DNA of 64,000 bases, taken from the NCBI GenBank assembly GCA_964582195.1, contig CAZOQN010000002.1, positions 608,916 through 672,915 of the forward strand. Reading direction: 5' to 3'. How positions within the stretch are numbered: the first letter of the stretch is position 1; every line of letters begins with the position of its first letter. The position numbers were made by a program, and so were the translations under genes. Under the pieces are notes generated by a model. That model was not told the origin of the DNA and did not search any database. It worked only from the letters and a program-made list of their open reading frames with translations. Source of the DNA: an uncultured Burkholderiaceae bacterium (GTDB lineage Bacteria > Pseudomonadota > Gammaproteobacteria > Burkholderiales > Burkholderiaceae_A). Below are positions 25,300 through 37,338 of this stretch, in pieces.

Positions 25300-25910
25300 A
25301 TGCTTGAAATATCTTTCTTAAGTATTAACTGAATTTGTGAAACTGTCTGCGTTGCGTTGATGAGAAAAGTTCGAGCTTCGTGAAACATTCGCGGCTGGTT
25401 CAGATAGACATCCCGCACCCGATCAAAGTAGGCGACCCCCTGCTCCTCGAATCGGTCGCTCGCAGTGCCTCGTCCGCCGCGCCGCCGCGCCGCAAGCTCG
25501 GAAGGTATGTCGAACAGATACACGCGGTCGGGCGCAAGCCCCCCCGTGGCTATCGCATTAAGCTCATCGATCCACTCAAGGCTCACCCCGCCTCCTCCAC
25601 CCTGATAGGCCCGGGTGGAGTCGACAAACCGGTCGCAGACCACCCACTTGCCCTCCTCCAAGGCTGGCTTTATTCGGCTCTGAACATGGTCTTGGCGTGC
25701 AGCCATCACCAGCAACACCTCGGCCTCAACGCTCATGGGCTCATGCAAAACGAGCTCTCGAATTTTCTCTGCCAAAGGGGTGCCGCCGGGCTCGCGCGTC
25801 AGAAGAACCTCGACTTTTTTCAACTCGCGAATCTGCTCGCACACAAAGTCGAGATGGGTGCTCTTGCCTGCCCCATCAATGCCCTCGAGCACGATCAACT
25901 TACCCCTCAT
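25296..25910 (-). CDS. tmk: dTMP (thymidylate) kinase
   Basis: It has the P-loop 'LEGIDGAGKST', 'REPGGT' and 'DRFVDST'. Confidence 0.92.
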   Translation of the reverse strand: MRGKLIVLEGIDGAGKSTHLDFVCEQIRELKKVEVLLTREPGGTPLAEKIRELVLHEPMSVEAEVLLVMAARQDHVQSRIKPALEEGKWVVCDRFVDSTRAYQGGGGGVSLEWIDELNAIATGGLAPDRVYLFDIPSELAARRRGGRGTASDRFEEQGVAYFDRVRDVYLNQPRMFHEARTFLINATQTVSQIQLILKKDISSI

Positions 25911-27016
25911 TTTTTCTCCGTCGCCCGGGCTTTGGGCTCGGCATTAAGCTTCCGAATAAACCGATCAATTGCCGCATTGTGCTGGGCATAGGTTTCTGAA
26001 AATTCAGAAGAGCCATCGCCGCGCGCCACAAAGAAAATATCCCTTGTCTGCGCTGGATTCATCACCGCTCGAATAGCCAATGGCCCCGGATTGGAGATGG
26101 GTGTGGGCGGTAAATTCTTTCGTGTGTAAGTGTTATAGGGCGTATCAGTACGAAGATGACTGCGGGTGATATCCCCTTGGAATTTATCGCCCAAACCGTA
26201 AATCACCGTCGGGTCTGCCTGCAGCTTCATGCCCAGCTTTAATCGATTTGTAAACACCGCCGCAACACGCTCACGATCACCCGGGTATTGGGTTTCCTTC
26301 TCCACAATAGAAGCCAGTATCAAGGCCTGGTAGGGCGACTGTAACGGCAGGTCGGCTGATCGCTGCGCCCAGGCCTGCTCTAAATGTTGCTGCTGTAGCC
26401 GCACTGACCGCTTCAACAACTCTGAGACCGAGCTTTTACGGGCCACGACATACAAATCGGGGTATAGCCAGCCCTCGAGCTGGCTGGTTGGGGCGCCAAG
26501 GAACTGGGCTAGGCCATGGGGGGTTCTATGCTGGCTGATATCGTAACGAAGCGGCTCATCCCGCAGGGCAGCCAGCGCCTGGCGAACAGTCCAGCCTTCT
26601 AGAATCCGGAAATCAACATAATTCGGGTCTCGTCCCGCAAGCCTGAGCAAAAGCGCACGCTTGGTGGTTCCCGGCTCGAACAAATAGACGCCAGCGCGCA
26701 AGTTACGCTGAACCCCGAGCCAGCGGGCATGCAACAAGAACATGCCCTCATGAATATCAAGGCCCGCTTCCCGCAGCATCACGGCAACCTGACGGGCAGA
26801 GATGCCATACGGCACAACAAGCTCAAGGCCTGGTTCAGGGTTCTGATCGGAGCCTTTGGCCAAAATAGGCCGATCAGCCTCGTAAAAAAACCATCCTAGA
26901 CCCATTACCAGGCAAAGCAACGCGGCGCCGAGGCTCAGCCAGAGGGCCTTTAAAATCCCGGCCCCTCTGCGATTAGAGCGGCGAAAAGAAGGGCTTTGTC
27001 GTTTAAATGAGGCCAT
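25907..27016 (-). CDS. mltG: Endolytic murein transglycosylase MltG (YceG family)
   Basis: An N-terminal TM anchor is followed by the YceG motifs 'ILASIVEKET' and 'SPYNTY'-like 'TPYNTYTRKNLPPTPISNPG'. Confidence 0.9.
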   Translation of the reverse strand: MASFKRQSPSFRRSNRRGAGILKALWLSLGAALLCLVMGLGWFFYEADRPILAKGSDQNPEPGLELVVPYGISARQVAVMLREAGLDIHEGMFLLHARWLGVQRNLRAGVYLFEPGTTKRALLLRLAGRDPNYVDFRILEGWTVRQALAALRDEPLRYDISQHRTPHGLAQFLGAPTSQLEGWLYPDLYVVARKSSVSELLKRSVRLQQQHLEQAWAQRSADLPLQSPYQALILASIVEKETQYPGDRERVAAVFTNRLKLGMKLQADPTVIYGLGDKFQGDITRSHLRTDTPYNTYTRKNLPPTPISNPGPLAIRAVMNPAQTRDIFFVARGDGSSEFSETYAQHNAAIDRFIRKLNAEPKARATEKK

Positions 27017-27035
27017 GCCGCTATATTAGCGACCC

Positions 27036-28031
27036 ATGCCGATTGACCTTAAAAATCAGTTTGAGCCACGTCATTACGCCAGGCTGCCGAGCTTCGGGGG
27101 CTTTTGTGCCCGCGGCGGGGATCTGGATGCCTTTTTGCAAGGTCAGCTCACCAACGATGTCAAAGCCCTGAGCAGCGCACACTGGCAGCGCACTGGCTAC
27201 TGCACGCCCAAAGGCAGACTGATGGCTACTTTCTTGCAGTGGCAAATCGGGCCGCAGGCTGTGGGACATTTGCTGCCCCTTGAAATTCTGGAGCCAATTG
27301 CAAAACGGCTTCGGATGTTCGTCTTGCGATCTAAAGTGGCCTTTGAAAAAGTGGATAGCCCTTATCAGGCTATTGGCCTTTGGGGCGATGCGCTGGGCGA
27401 TTTTGGCAAAGACCAGCAGTGCGTGAATTTATCGGGCACCGAGAGCGGGCCATGGCTTTTGTCAGAGCAGGCCTGCCCCGTGCTGGGCCAGCGTGCTTGG
27501 CTGATTTTTGAACCAAGCCAGTCAGAGGCGTTGATGCAGGCCCTCGTGAGCTGCCAGGAACTTTCGCAGTCGGCCTGGCTATTTTCAGAAATACAGAATG
27601 CAAAAGCCTGGGTATGGAAGGCCACTCAAGAGGCCTTCGTGCCTCAAATGATCAATTTTGAAATTACCGGTGGCGTGAGCTTCACTAAGGGCTGCTACCC
27701 CGGCCAGGAGGTAGTGGCGCGAAGTCAGTACTTAGGAAAGTTAAAGCGTAGAAGTTTTCGAGCCGATATCGATCTTGAAATGTCGGCTGAAGAAGTACTC
27801 TCGCTTTGCGGCCAGGATACCTGGTCGCAGGAAAACGAAGCCGAGCCTTGCGGAAAAGTTGCCGGCGCAGCACCTCGTTTCGATGCTCAAGGCCGGGTTC
27901 AGGCTGGAGCAGCTTTGCTAGTGGAGTGCACACTGCAGGCTTGGGAAAAAGGCGGCCTTCGTGTGGGCAGCCCTCTAGGGCCTAAGTTGACTGCAAAAGA
28001 TTTGCCCTACGAGCTTCCCGCTGCTGAATAA
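27036..28031 (+). CDS. ygfZ: Folate-binding Fe-S cluster repair / tRNA-modification protein YgfZ
   Basis: It carries the YgfZ signature 'FTKGCYPGQEVVARSQYLGKLKRR'. Confidence 0.88.
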   Translation: MPIDLKNQFEPRHYARLPSFGGFCARGGDLDAFLQGQLTNDVKALSSAHWQRTGYCTPKGRLMATFLQWQIGPQAVGHLLPLEILEPIAKRLRMFVLRSKVAFEKVDSPYQAIGLWGDALGDFGKDQQCVNLSGTESGPWLLSEQACPVLGQRAWLIFEPSQSEALMQALVSCQELSQSAWLFSEIQNAKAWVWKATQEAFVPQMINFEITGGVSFTKGCYPGQEVVARSQYLGKLKRRSFRADIDLEMSAEEVLSLCGQDTWSQENEAEPCGKVAGAAPRFDAQGRVQAGAALLVECTLQAWEKGGLRVGSPLGPKLTAKDLPYELPAAE

Positions 28032-28033
28032 AA

Positions 28034-28056
28034 GTATCAGGCACGGTGCCTGATAC
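28034..28056. terminator. Bidirectional hairpin between convergent ygfZ and the thioesterase gene
   Basis: The near-perfect palindrome GTATCAGGCAC-g-GTGCCTGATAC lies 3 nt after the ygfZ stop. It is flanked by A/T-rich sequence. Confidence 0.6.
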
Positions 28057-28063
28057 CTTGAAT

Positions 28064-28486
28064 TCAATCTGATCCGGTTTTTTTGCGGCTGCGCTTTAGC
28101 GCCGACATTCGCTTAAAGGTGCCCATGCTCTGCGCAAGCAGGCGGTTGTGAGTATCGCGAAGCTCTCCCCGGCAAAATGCCATGGTCGAAGAATAGTGAT
28201 CGCACCAGCCGAAGGCATGTAGCTCCCCACGGGCCGGCCGAAGAAAACTCGTCTTCATTTCAATGGTGACCACGCCCAACCCTTCAGGGTCGTTTGATTT
28301 CGCAGCAAGCGCCATCACCACATCAAGCAGGGTCATAATCACGCCGCCATGTGCAGCTTCAAGGCCGTTTTCCTGGTAGGGCTTCAAATCAAGCTTTATT
28401 TCAGCGCTGCCCCCCTCGTAAGAGACCAGTTCAACGCCGAGATGGGCAACAAAGGGAGTAAAACTAGGCTTTAGCGGGTTATCCAT
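28064..28486 (-). CDS. PaaI-family (hotdog fold) thioesterase
   Basis: It has the 'AHGGVIMTLLDVVMALAA' motif typical of PaaI/YigI-type hotdog thioesterases. Confidence 0.8.
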   Translation of the reverse strand: MDNPLKPSFTPFVAHLGVELVSYEGGSAEIKLDLKPYQENGLEAAHGGVIMTLLDVVMALAAKSNDPEGLGVVTIEMKTSFLRPARGELHAFGWCDHYSSTMAFCRGELRDTHNRLLAQSMGTFKRMSALKRSRKKTGSD

Positions 28487-28519
28487 GCTCTCTACGATAC
28501 CAAGACTTAAACTTTCGCC

Positions 28520-30085
28520 TTGATGAATGCCCCCCTGCCACCGCTATCAAACCACCCTGCCCCGGGCACCGCCCCGCGAGTGCCCGGGCTCGACGAGGTC
28601 TTACAGAAGAATTGGTCGCCAGGCTTTGCAGCGCTCGATGGCGATGAGCACGAGCCCTTCATTCGCCACTGTGACCCGCTTCCCATGGAGCAGCTCTCAG
28701 GCACCCTGCCCCAGACCCTGTCCGACACCCAATGGCTTGCCATTTCCAATAAAGCCTGTGAGTTGATTGGTATTGACGCGGGCCGGCTTGCCGCAGATCC
28801 CAATTGGCTCGCTGTGATGTCGGGCAACGCAACACCGTTGAATTCTCGGCCCTATGCTGCTGTGTATGCGGGCCATCAGTTCGGCGTGTTTGTATCCAGG
28901 CTTGGCGATGGCCGTGCGCTAAACCTTGGCGCGATAAATGGCTGGGAGATGCAGCTGAAAGGCGCAGGCCCAACCCCCTACGCACGCTTTGCCGATGGCC
29001 GCGCCGTGCTGCGCTCATCGATTCGCGAATTTTTGTGTTCTGAAGCGATGCATGCCCTGAGCATTCCCACCACGCGCGCCCTATCGATCACGGTTTCTTC
29101 ACTTCCCGTGATGCGTGAAACGGTAGAGACGGCTGCAGTGGTGTGTCGCATGTCGCCAAGCTTTGTGCGATTTGGCACATTTGAGTATTTTGCAAGCCGC
29201 GGACGGGTCGATTTGCTTGAAGTGCTCGTAAAGCATGTTAACGGGTTACTTTGGGCCGACGGCGCTGACAATGACGGGTTATCAATGCTTCATGAAGTTT
29301 CCCGCCGCACGGCACGACTCATGGCCCAGTGGATGGGCGCAGGCTTTATGCACGGCGTCATGAATACCGATAACTTTTCAATTCTTGGCCTGACCCTCGA
29401 CTATGGCCCTTATGGCTTCATGGATAGCTTTGAGGCCAGCCATATCTGCAACCATTCCGACCATGCGGGCCGCTATGCCTATGCCGCCCAGCCCCAAGTG
29501 GGTTTGTGGAATGTGGCCAAGCTGATTAATGCACTCTATCCTCTTGTGAAAGATACGGACAAGCTTCAAGCGGTTGTCGAAACCTACAAGTCCGCCTATG
29601 CCGCATCAATGCAAGAGATTCTGCGAAAAAAATTCGGGCTTCAAGCGCTTGATGAAGAGACATACACGTCGGTAAGCGATGATTTCTATACGATTTTGCA
29701 ATCACAGCATATCGATTACACCCTCGCATTTCGTGCGCTTGCAAATCCGGACGATCGGGCATTTCTCGATCTTTGTTTTGATCGCGAGGCTGCAAAGCCT
29801 TGGCTAAACCGCTACCGCCAAGCTGCCCAGGCCGCAGCGCAGGCTCAAGGCATTTCCCTGGCAGATCGCGCGCAGGCCATGAACGAAGTTAACCCGAAGT
29901 TTGTCTTGCGCAATTGGGTTGCCGAAGAAGTGATTCGGGCCGTGCGCGATGGTGGGAACACCAAGCCTTTCGAGGAAGTATTCGCTGTGCTGCAAAACCC
30001 GTTTGATGAACATCCCGAATTTTCTCGCTATGCGCAAAGTCCGCCCGACTGGGCAAGCCATCTTGAAGTAAGCTGCTCCTCATGA
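28520..30085 (+). CDS. selO: Protein adenylyltransferase SelO (YdiU/UPF0061 pseudokinase)
   Basis: The SelO hallmarks '[18 protein letters not shown]', 'LKGAGPTPY', '[28 protein letters not shown]' are all present. Confidence 0.9.
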   Translation: MMNAPLPPLSNHPAPGTAPRVPGLDEVLQKNWSPGFAALDGDEHEPFIRHCDPLPMEQLSGTLPQTLSDTQWLAISNKACELIGIDAGRLAADPNWLAVMSGNATPLNSRPYAAVYAGHQFGVFVSRLGDGRALNLGAINGWEMQLKGAGPTPYARFADGRAVLRSSIREFLCSEAMHALSIPTTRALSITVSSLPVMRETVETAAVVCRMSPSFVRFGTFEYFASRGRVDLLEVLVKHVNGLLWADGADNDGLSMLHEVSRRTARLMAQWMGAGFMHGVMNTDNFSILGLTLDYGPYGFMDSFEASHICNHSDHAGRYAYAAQPQVGLWNVAKLINALYPLVKDTDKLQAVVETYKSAYAASMQEILRKKFGLQALDEETYTSVSDDFYTILQSQHIDYTLAFRALANPDDRAFLDLCFDREAAKPWLNRYRQAAQAAAQAQGISLADRAQAMNEVNPKFVLRNWVAEEVIRAVRDGGNTKPFEEVFAVLQNPFDEHPEFSRYAQSPPDWASHLEVSCSS

Positions 30086-30468
30086 CTCAAAAGACCGACG
30101 ACGAATACAAGCAAAGCCTGTCTCCCATGGAATACGCGGTCACGCGCCGCAAGGCCACCGAGCCGCCTTTTACCGGCCGCTACTGGGATCATTTTGAAAA
30201 AGGCGTCTACAACTGCATCTGCTGCGGCCAGCCCTTATTTGAATCAAGCACCAAGTTCGATGCAGGCTGTGGCTGGCCAAGCTACTGGCAGGCCGTTGCG
30301 CCGCAGGCAATTCGCGAGGAACGCGATATCAGCCACGGCATGATTCGCACCGAAATTTTATGCAGCCAGTGCGATGCTCATCTGGGCCATGTCTTTGACG
30401 ATGGGCCGAATCCTACGGGGCTTCGCTATTGCGTGAACTCCGCCTCTGTAAAGTTCGAGAAGTCATGA
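30082..30468 (+). CDS. msrB: Peptide-methionine (R)-S-oxide reductase MsrB
   Basis: It has two CxxC pairs ('CICCGQPLF', '[12 protein letters not shown]') and 'RYCVNS'. An ATGA overlap couples it to selO. Confidence 0.92.
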   Translation: MTQKTDDEYKQSLSPMEYAVTRRKATEPPFTGRYWDHFEKGVYNCICCGQPLFESSTKFDAGCGWPSYWQAVAPQAIREERDISHGMIRTEILCSQCDAHLGHVFDDGPNPTGLRYCVNSASVKFEKS

Positions 30469-31028
30469 AACTGCTTGCGGATTGGCTTCCCATCATTTTG
30501 TTCTTTATTGTTTACAAAGCTGTGGACTTGTATTGGGCCACGGGAGTTGCGATTGCCGCGACCTTGGCCATCATGGGCTATATGAAACTTCGCAGTCATG
30601 CCATTGAAACCATGCAATGGGTGAGCCTTGCCCTAATTGTTGTCTTTGGTGGCGCCACCATCTTTTTCCAAGACGAGCTCTTCATCAAGCTCAAGCCGAC
30701 GCTGCTCTATGGGCTATTTGCCGCTGCAATCGTTATTCCTCAGTTGTTTTTCAAGACCCTTCCCATACAGAAGTTAATGGGATCGAAAATCGAAATGCCT
30801 ATGCCGGCTTGGTCTAAGCTCAACATGGCCTGGGGTGTGTTTTTTGGGTTCATGGCGGTGCTGAACCTCTGGGTGGCAGAGAATTTCTCAACCGATACCT
30901 GGGTGAACTTCAAGCTCTTTGGAAGCATTGGGCTCACGGTGATCTTTGTCATTGCCCAGGCTTTGTGGTTGAACCGCTTCGCAACAGCAGAGCTGCCTGA
31001 TGTTTTAAGGGATGAAGATTCGAAATGA
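30465..31028 (+). CDS. yciB: Intracellular septation protein A (YciB/IspZ), inner-membrane protein
   Basis: The conserved N-terminus '[18 protein letters not shown]' begins at the ATG at 30465 (ATGA overlap with msrB). The track start at 30429 is an artefactual extension. Confidence 0.88.
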   Translation: MKLLADWLPIILFFIVYKAVDLYWATGVAIAATLAIMGYMKLRSHAIETMQWVSLALIVVFGGATIFFQDELFIKLKPTLLYGLFAAAIVIPQLFFKTLPIQKLMGSKIEMPMPAWSKLNMAWGVFFGFMAVLNLWVAENFSTDTWVNFKLFGSIGLTVIFVIAQALWLNRFATAELPDVLRDEDSK

Positions 31029-31306
31029 GTTTTTTGGCTCCAAGCACTGCTGAAATCGAAACCCGGCTCAAGGCGGCCTTCCAGATTGAGTCGCTTCTTG
31101 TGCGTGATGACAGCGCCAAGCACCACGGCCACGAGGGGGCCAAATCTGGCGGGGGCCACTTCCACATTACGGTTGTTTCCCCCGTGTTTGAGGGCAAAAA
31201 TCGGCTCGCTCGGCATCGACTTGTGTATGATCCCTTGAGCGATTGGATCCCTGCGCGCATCCACGCCCTATCAATCGAGGCGCGCACCCCTTCGGAGTCT
31301 TCATGA
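31025..31306 (+). CDS. BolA-family protein
   Basis: It has the BolA motif 'GGHFHITVVSPVFEGKNRLARHRLVY'. An ATGA overlap couples it to yciB. Confidence 0.85.
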   Translation: MSFLAPSTAEIETRLKAAFQIESLLVRDDSAKHHGHEGAKSGGGHFHITVVSPVFEGKNRLARHRLVYDPLSDWIPARIHALSIEARTPSESS

Positions 31307-32091
31307 AATTGTTCGTTCAAGCAGCAAAACCCGCGGCCACACTCTGCCTGCTCGCTTTCTCGGCGGGCGCCTTTGCGCAAAATATTGCGGTGGTCAATGG
31401 CAAAGCCATTCCGAAAGCCCGCGCAGATGCCTTTGTGGCAGAACTCGTGAAACAGGGGCAACAAGACACCCCTCAGCTTCAAAACCTGGTTCGACAGGAA
31501 CTCATTGACCGCGAAATTCTGGTGCAAGAAGCAGAGCGTCGCGGGCTTTCGGGCAAATCAGATGTTCAGTTTCAACTCACGAATGCCAGACAGCAGGTGT
31601 TGATCAACGCCTTGGTTCAAGATCAGATTACGAGATCTCCAGTGACCGACGCCGAAGTAAAAAGTGAGTACGACCGTCTAACCCAGGGCAACGCCGGCAG
31701 GGAATACCGTGCCCGTCACATTCTCGTTGAAACAGAAAACGAGGCGAAAGCCGTTATTGAGCAGTTGCGAAAAGGCAGCAAGTTTGAAGAGCTTGCCAAG
31801 AAACAATCTAAAGATCCAGGCTCAGCGTCTCAGGGAGGAGATTTAGATTGGGCCGATGCCGACTCTTTTGTCGAGCCCTTCTCCAAAGCAATGGCCGGCC
31901 TGGAAAAAGGCAAGATTACGCAGACCCCCGTGCAGACTCAGTTTGGCTGGCATGTAATTCGGCTAGACGATGTGCGCACCTCGCAGCCCCCAGCACTGGA
32001 TCAGGTGAAGGACCAAATTGCCGAGGCCTTACGTCGCAAAAAGCTACAAGACTTTCAGCAGCAGTTAAAGGCCAAAGCAAAAGTCCAGTAA
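31303..32091 (+). CDS. Periplasmic parvulin-type peptidyl-prolyl cis-trans isomerase (PpiC-domain)
   Basis: The start was trimmed to the ATG at 31303, giving the signal peptide 'MKLFVQAAKPAATLCLLAFSAGAFA|QN'. The parvulin core is 'YRARHILV...GGDLDW...FGWHVIRLDD'. An ATGA overlap couples it to the bolA-like gene. Confidence 0.88.
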   Translation: MKLFVQAAKPAATLCLLAFSAGAFAQNIAVVNGKAIPKARADAFVAELVKQGQQDTPQLQNLVRQELIDREILVQEAERRGLSGKSDVQFQLTNARQQVLINALVQDQITRSPVTDAEVKSEYDRLTQGNAGREYRARHILVETENEAKAVIEQLRKGSKFEELAKKQSKDPGSASQGGDLDWADADSFVEPFSKAMAGLEKGKITQTPVQTQFGWHVIRLDDVRTSQPPALDQVKDQIAEALRRKKLQDFQQQLKAKAKVQ

Positions 32092-32098
32092 GCCGACG

Positions 32099-33120
<1,022 letters not shown>

Positions 33121-33339
33121 CTAAGAGGCGCTCACCTTTTTTAAAATCGCGTAGAGCTGATCCTTCAGGAGGAGCTTTTCTTTTTTCAGGATTTCGATTT
33201 CTTCATGAGTGCCCGGAGAAATATGGTTTTCCATATTCTTAATTTTTTGGTCAAGCTCGTTGTGCTTATCGAAGAGCCGGGTAAAATGATGATCAGTCGT
33301 TTTGAGTTTTGTGATCAAGTCGCGATATTCAGGAAACAT
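33121..33339 (-). CDS. DUF465 (YdcH-like) small protein
   Basis: 'MFPEYRDLITKLKTTDHHFTRLFDKHNELDQKIKNME' matches the YdcH/DUF465 pattern. The start was trimmed to the ATG at 33339, which has a GAGGG RBS. Confidence 0.75.
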   Translation of the reverse strand: MFPEYRDLITKLKTTDHHFTRLFDKHNELDQKIKNMENHISPGTHEEIEILKKEKLLLKDQLYAILKKVSAS

Positions 33340-33416
33340 TTTTTTGCCCTCTCTGAGTGACTCCCAGCGCCATTTTACTAAAGCTGCAACGCCAGGCACA
33401 GATCACTATTTAGTTG

Positions 33417-35063
33417 TTACTCCCACTCGATGGTCGCAGGCGGCTTGCCTGAAATGTCATAAACGACACGGTTGATGCCACGTACCTCATTGATAATCGT
33501 GTTTGACACCGTTGAGAGCAGCTGATGCGGTAAATGCGCCCAATGCGCCGTCATGAAATCGCTTGTGACCACAGCACGCAGAGCCACAACCCATTCATAA
33601 GTGCGGCCATCGCCCATCACGCCCACGCTCTTTACCGGCAAAAACACAGCAAAAGCCTGGCTTGTCAGTTCATACCAGGCCTTGCCGACATCTGAGGCCT
33701 CGCAAAGCCCAGCGAGCGCATCGGCTTGGGTAGCTTTCGTCTCGCGAAGTGCCCGAATAAAGATGCCATCAGCCCGCTGCAACAGCGGCACATATTCCGG
33801 ATGAATCTCGCCAAGAATTCGTACGCCAAGGCCGGGGCCTGGGAAAGGATGACGATAGACCATCTCCCCGGGGAGCCCAAGTGCTACACCGAGCCTGCGC
33901 ACTTCATCTTTAAATAACTCACGCAAAGGCTCAAGCAACTTTAAGCTCAAGGTTTCCGGCAAACCGCCGACATTGTGGTGCGACTTAATCGTTGCCGCCT
34001 TTTTGGTTTTTTCCCCTGCCGACTCAATCACATCAGGATAAATCGTGCCTTGGGCAAGCCACCTGGCATTGGAGAGCTTTCCGGATTCTTCTTGAAAGAC
34101 ATGGACAAACTCACGCCCGATAATCTTGCGCTTTTGCTCGGGGTCAGCTACGCCCTCTAGCGCGCGCATGAATCGCTCTTTGGCATTCACGTGAACCACT
34201 TTCACGCCCATATGCTTGGTAAAGGTCTGCATGACCTGCTCGGCCTCTTGCCAGCGCAATAAACCATGGTCAACAAATACGCAGGTGAGCTGATCGCCAA
34301 TTGCTTTGTGAATCAAGGCCGCCGCCACCGAGGAGTCGACTCCGCCTGAGAGGCCAAGAATCACCTGATCCGATCCGACCTGCGCGCGTATAGATGCCAC
34401 GGCCTCCTGGACATAATCGGGCATATTCCAATCGGGCTTAGCCTTGCAAATTCCCAAGACGAAACGATTCAGAATTTGAGTGCCCTTTTTCGTGTGGGTC
34501 ACCTCAGGGTGAAACTGCACTCCATAAAACCTTTTCTCCTCGTTGGCCATGCCCGCAATAGGGCAGGACTCCGTCGAAGCCATGAGCTTAAAGCCCTCGG
34601 GCATCTCCACGACCTTGTCACCATGGCTCATCCAGACATCTAACAATCCATAGCCCTCTGGCGTGCGCTCATCTTCAATATCACGCAGCAACTCAGTATG
34701 GCCGCGGGCCCTGACCTGGGCGTAGCCGAACTCACGCACTTTGCCGTTTTCAACCTTGCCGCCTAACTGCTCGGCCATGGTCTGCATGCCGTAGCAAATA
34801 CCCAGTACGGGTACACCCCGATCAAAAACAGCATCGGGGGCGCGCAAGGTCTCATCCTCGGTGACCGACATGGGGCCGCCCGAAAGAATGATTCCCGTTA
34901 AGGTGTCTGACACGGTGCCTGGCACCTTGCCGTAACTCAGAACAAAGTCGCTAGAAACATCACAAGGGTGAATCTCACAAAATACCCCTGCCTCGCGCAC
35001 ACGACGGGCAATCAACTGCGTGACTTGCGATCCGAAGTCAAGAATAAGAATCTTGGAATGCAT
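33417..35063 (-). CDS. guaA: GMP synthase (glutamine-hydrolysing)
   Basis: The GATase domain has 'GICYGMQ'. The ATP-PPase P-loop is '[10 protein letters not shown]'. The C-terminus ends '...[10 protein letters not shown]'. Confidence 0.95.
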   Translation of the reverse strand: MHSKILILDFGSQVTQLIARRVREAGVFCEIHPCDVSSDFVLSYGKVPGTVSDTLTGIILSGGPMSVTEDETLRAPDAVFDRGVPVLGICYGMQTMAEQLGGKVENGKVREFGYAQVRARGHTELLRDIEDERTPEGYGLLDVWMSHGDKVVEMPEGFKLMASTESCPIAGMANEEKRFYGVQFHPEVTHTKKGTQILNRFVLGICKAKPDWNMPDYVQEAVASIRAQVGSDQVILGLSGGVDSSVAAALIHKAIGDQLTCVFVDHGLLRWQEAEQVMQTFTKHMGVKVVHVNAKERFMRALEGVADPEQKRKIIGREFVHVFQEESGKLSNARWLAQGTIYPDVIESAGEKTKKAATIKSHHNVGGLPETLSLKLLEPLRELFKDEVRRLGVALGLPGEMVYRHPFPGPGLGVRILGEIHPEYVPLLQRADGIFIRALRETKATQADALAGLCEASDVGKAWYELTSQAFAVFLPVKSVGVMGDGRTYEWVVALRAVVTSDFMTAHWAHLPHQLLSTVSNTIINEVRGINRVVYDISGKPPATIEWE

Positions 35064-36526
35064 TATTCGATGTGGTAGTTCGGCGCCTCTTTCGTGATCT
35101 GCACATCATGGACATGCGACTCACGAATACCCGCGCTGGTGATTTCCACAAACTGGGTTTTTTCATGGAATTCGGAAATAGAAGCGCAGCCGCAATAACC
35201 CATGCTGGAGCGCACGCCGCCAGCTAGCTGAAAAAGAATCTGCTTGACGCTGCCTTTGTAGGGCACACGGCCTTCAATGCCCTCGGGCACAAACTTATCG
35301 GGGTTGGGATTGTCGCCCTCTTGAAAGTAGCGGTCTGCCGAGCCTGCCTGCATGGCGCCTACTGAACCCATGCCTCGATAGCTTTTATAAGAGCGCCCCT
35401 GAAACAAAATAATCTCACCCGGGGCTTCCTCAGTGCCTGCAAACATGCCGCCCATCATGACCGCGTGTGCGCCGGCAGCCAAGGCTTTGGCGACATCGCC
35501 CGAATATCGAACGCCACCATCGGCGATCAAAGGGACACCTGTCTTTTTTAAGGCGGCTGCCACATTGGCAATGGCCGTAATTTGGGGAACGCCAACGCCT
35601 GCCACCACACGAGTCGTGCAGATTGACCCCGGCCCAATGCCCACCTTGACGCCATCGGCACCGTGCTTCACCAAGGCTTTGGCTGCCTCGCCCGTGGCGA
35701 TATTGCCGCCAATGACCTGTACCTGCGGGTAGTTTTTCTTCACCCATTTGACCCGATCTAGTACGCCTTTTGAGTGCCCATGCGCGGTATCCACCACGAT
35801 TACATCGACGCCTGCTCTAACCAATAAATCGACACGCTCCTCAGTGCCCGCACCCACACCCACGGCAGCACCCACCCGCAGCTTGCCTTGCGAATCCCGG
35901 CATGCCAGGGGGTGCTCAATGCCTTTAAAAATATCTTTCACAGTAATGAGGCCACGCAACTCAAAGGCTTTATTCACGACAAGCACACGCTCAATACGAT
36001 GCTTGTGCATGAGTTTTTTTGCCTCATCAACACTTGCACCCTCTTTAACGGTGACAAGGCGCTCTCTCGGGGTCATGATGTTCGAGACAGGCTGATCAAG
36101 CTTGGTCTCAAATCGGCGGTCACGATTGGTGACGATTCCCACCACCTTGCCGTTTTTCACAACGGGCACACCGGAGATTTTTTTCTCCTTGCTCAAACGC
36201 ATGAGATCGCGTACCGACATTTCTGGTGAAACGGTAATGGGATCTTTCACCACACCCGCCTCAAACCGCTTGACCTTGAAAACCTCTTGGGCCTGAAGCT
36301 CCGGGCTGAGATTCTTATGAACAATTCCAATGCCGCCCTCTTCGGCCAAAGCAATGGCCAACCGCGCCTCGGTGACGGTATCCATGGCAGCGGAAACCAG
36401 AGGCAGGTTCAGAGCAATATCGCGAGTGAGTTTGGTCGAAAGCGAAGTGTCCCGCGGAAGGACTTGGGAGTAGTCCGGCAGCAGCAGGACATCATCGAAG
36501 GTCAAAGCTTTTTGCAGAAGGCGCAT
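35063..36526 (-). CDS. guaB: IMP dehydrogenase
   Basis: '[17 protein letters not shown]' is followed by a CBS pair and the catalytic loop '[11 protein letters not shown]'. It is adjacent to guaA. Confidence 0.95.
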   Translation of the reverse strand: MRLLQKALTFDDVLLLPDYSQVLPRDTSLSTKLTRDIALNLPLVSAAMDTVTEARLAIALAEEGGIGIVHKNLSPELQAQEVFKVKRFEAGVVKDPITVSPEMSVRDLMRLSKEKKISGVPVVKNGKVVGIVTNRDRRFETKLDQPVSNIMTPRERLVTVKEGASVDEAKKLMHKHRIERVLVVNKAFELRGLITVKDIFKGIEHPLACRDSQGKLRVGAAVGVGAGTEERVDLLVRAGVDVIVVDTAHGHSKGVLDRVKWVKKNYPQVQVIGGNIATGEAAKALVKHGADGVKVGIGPGSICTTRVVAGVGVPQITAIANVAAALKKTGVPLIADGGVRYSGDVAKALAAGAHAVMMGGMFAGTEEAPGEIILFQGRSYKSYRGMGSVGAMQAGSADRYFQEGDNPNPDKFVPEGIEGRVPYKGSVKQILFQLAGGVRSSMGYCGCASISEFHEKTQFVEITSAGIRESHVHDVQITKEAPNYHIE

Positions 36527-36552
36527 AGGCGCTCCTATAACCCAAAGTGGGA

Positions 36553-36888
36553 TTATACCGGCCGCATCTTCAGCTTTGCCCTTTGCCGTCTTGCCTCTTT
36601 CGGGTCAGCCTGCAAGGGCCTCAAAATCTCCACCCGATCTCCCTCTTGCAAAAGGCTGTGGGGTGTCTTTTTCTCTCCAAACACGGCAAAACCTGCGGCC
36701 TGATCCCAGGCCTGGGCAAGCTCGCAAGTGCTCTCTAGAAGTGGACGAATTTCCTGTAATCGACTTCCCGCTACAAGCGAGATCTTTTTTCGAATAACCC
36801 GATCTGGGAAGGCTGCACAGACTTCGATGGTCGTGAGCTGCACGCCTGCTTCCGGTGGCGCCGCAAAAGCGAAGTTAGTGTCAGGCAC
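36553..36888 (-). CDS. rnfH: RnfH-family ubiquitin-fold protein (UPF0125)
   Basis: It has the '[21 protein letters not shown]' C-terminus. The conserved ratA-rnfH pair lies next to smpB. Confidence 0.85.
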   Translation of the reverse strand: MPDTNFAFAAPPEAGVQLTTIEVCAAFPDRVIRKKISLVAGSRLQEIRPLLESTCELAQAWDQAAGFAVFGEKKTPHSLLQEGDRVEILRPLQADPKEARRQRAKLKMRPV

Positions 36889-37327
36889 TTGAAGAGTCCG
36901 AATAGATGGTCTCGGCCCGGCTCACAAAAGCGTCCACGAAGGTGGAAGTGATATGCGCAAAGACCGGGCCCACCACCTTTTCAAGCAGGCCGCTTTTGAA
37001 ATGGTATTCGAGCCTGAACTCCACCTTGCAGGCGTCTTGAGCCAGAGGCGTAAACAGCCAAAGCCCCTCAAGCGACTGAAATGGGCCATCTCGCAAGCGC
37101 ATTTCAATTCGCTCGCCAGGCGTATTCACATTTTGAGTGCTAAATGACTGCTTGATGCCCTTAAAGTCAATCAAGAGCTCAGCAGACAAGGTGTTGCCGT
37201 TTTGCTCTAGAATGCGCCCTCCCGCGCACCAAGGCAAAAAAGCAGGGTAGTCTTCGCACTTGTTCACCAGGTCAAACATCTGGTGTGTTGAATAAGGCAC
37301 TAAAACCGTTTTCGAAACTTCGGGCAT
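36881..37327 (-). CDS. ratA: SRPBCC-fold RatA/Coq10-like (ubiquinone-binding / ribosome association) protein
   Basis: A polyketide-cyclase/START-like sequence '[27 protein letters not shown]'. It is divergent from smpB, as in E. coli. Confidence 0.85.
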   Translation of the reverse strand: MPEVSKTVLVPYSTHQMFDLVNKCEDYPAFLPWCAGGRILEQNGNTLSAELLIDFKGIKQSFSTQNVNTPGERIEMRLRDGPFQSLEGLWLFTPLAQDACKVEFRLEYHFKSGLLEKVVGPVFAHITSTFVDAFVSRAETIYSDSSSA

Positions 37328-37338
37328 CTGCGTATTTT

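Noticed and set aside
36553-37327. ratA-rnfH as a type II toxin-antitoxin or defence module
   Set aside because: This pair next to smpB is a conserved housekeeping neighbourhood. RatA is an SRPBCC/Coq10-like protein and RnfH a ubiquitin-fold protein. Nothing in the sequence suggests an accessory TA cassette.
37328-37338. Only 11 nt between the divergent ratA and smpB start codons, as something unusual
   Set aside because: The divergent ratA/smpB arrangement is conserved, and the promoters evidently lie within the neighbouring coding regions. This is a compact-genome feature rather than a novel element.
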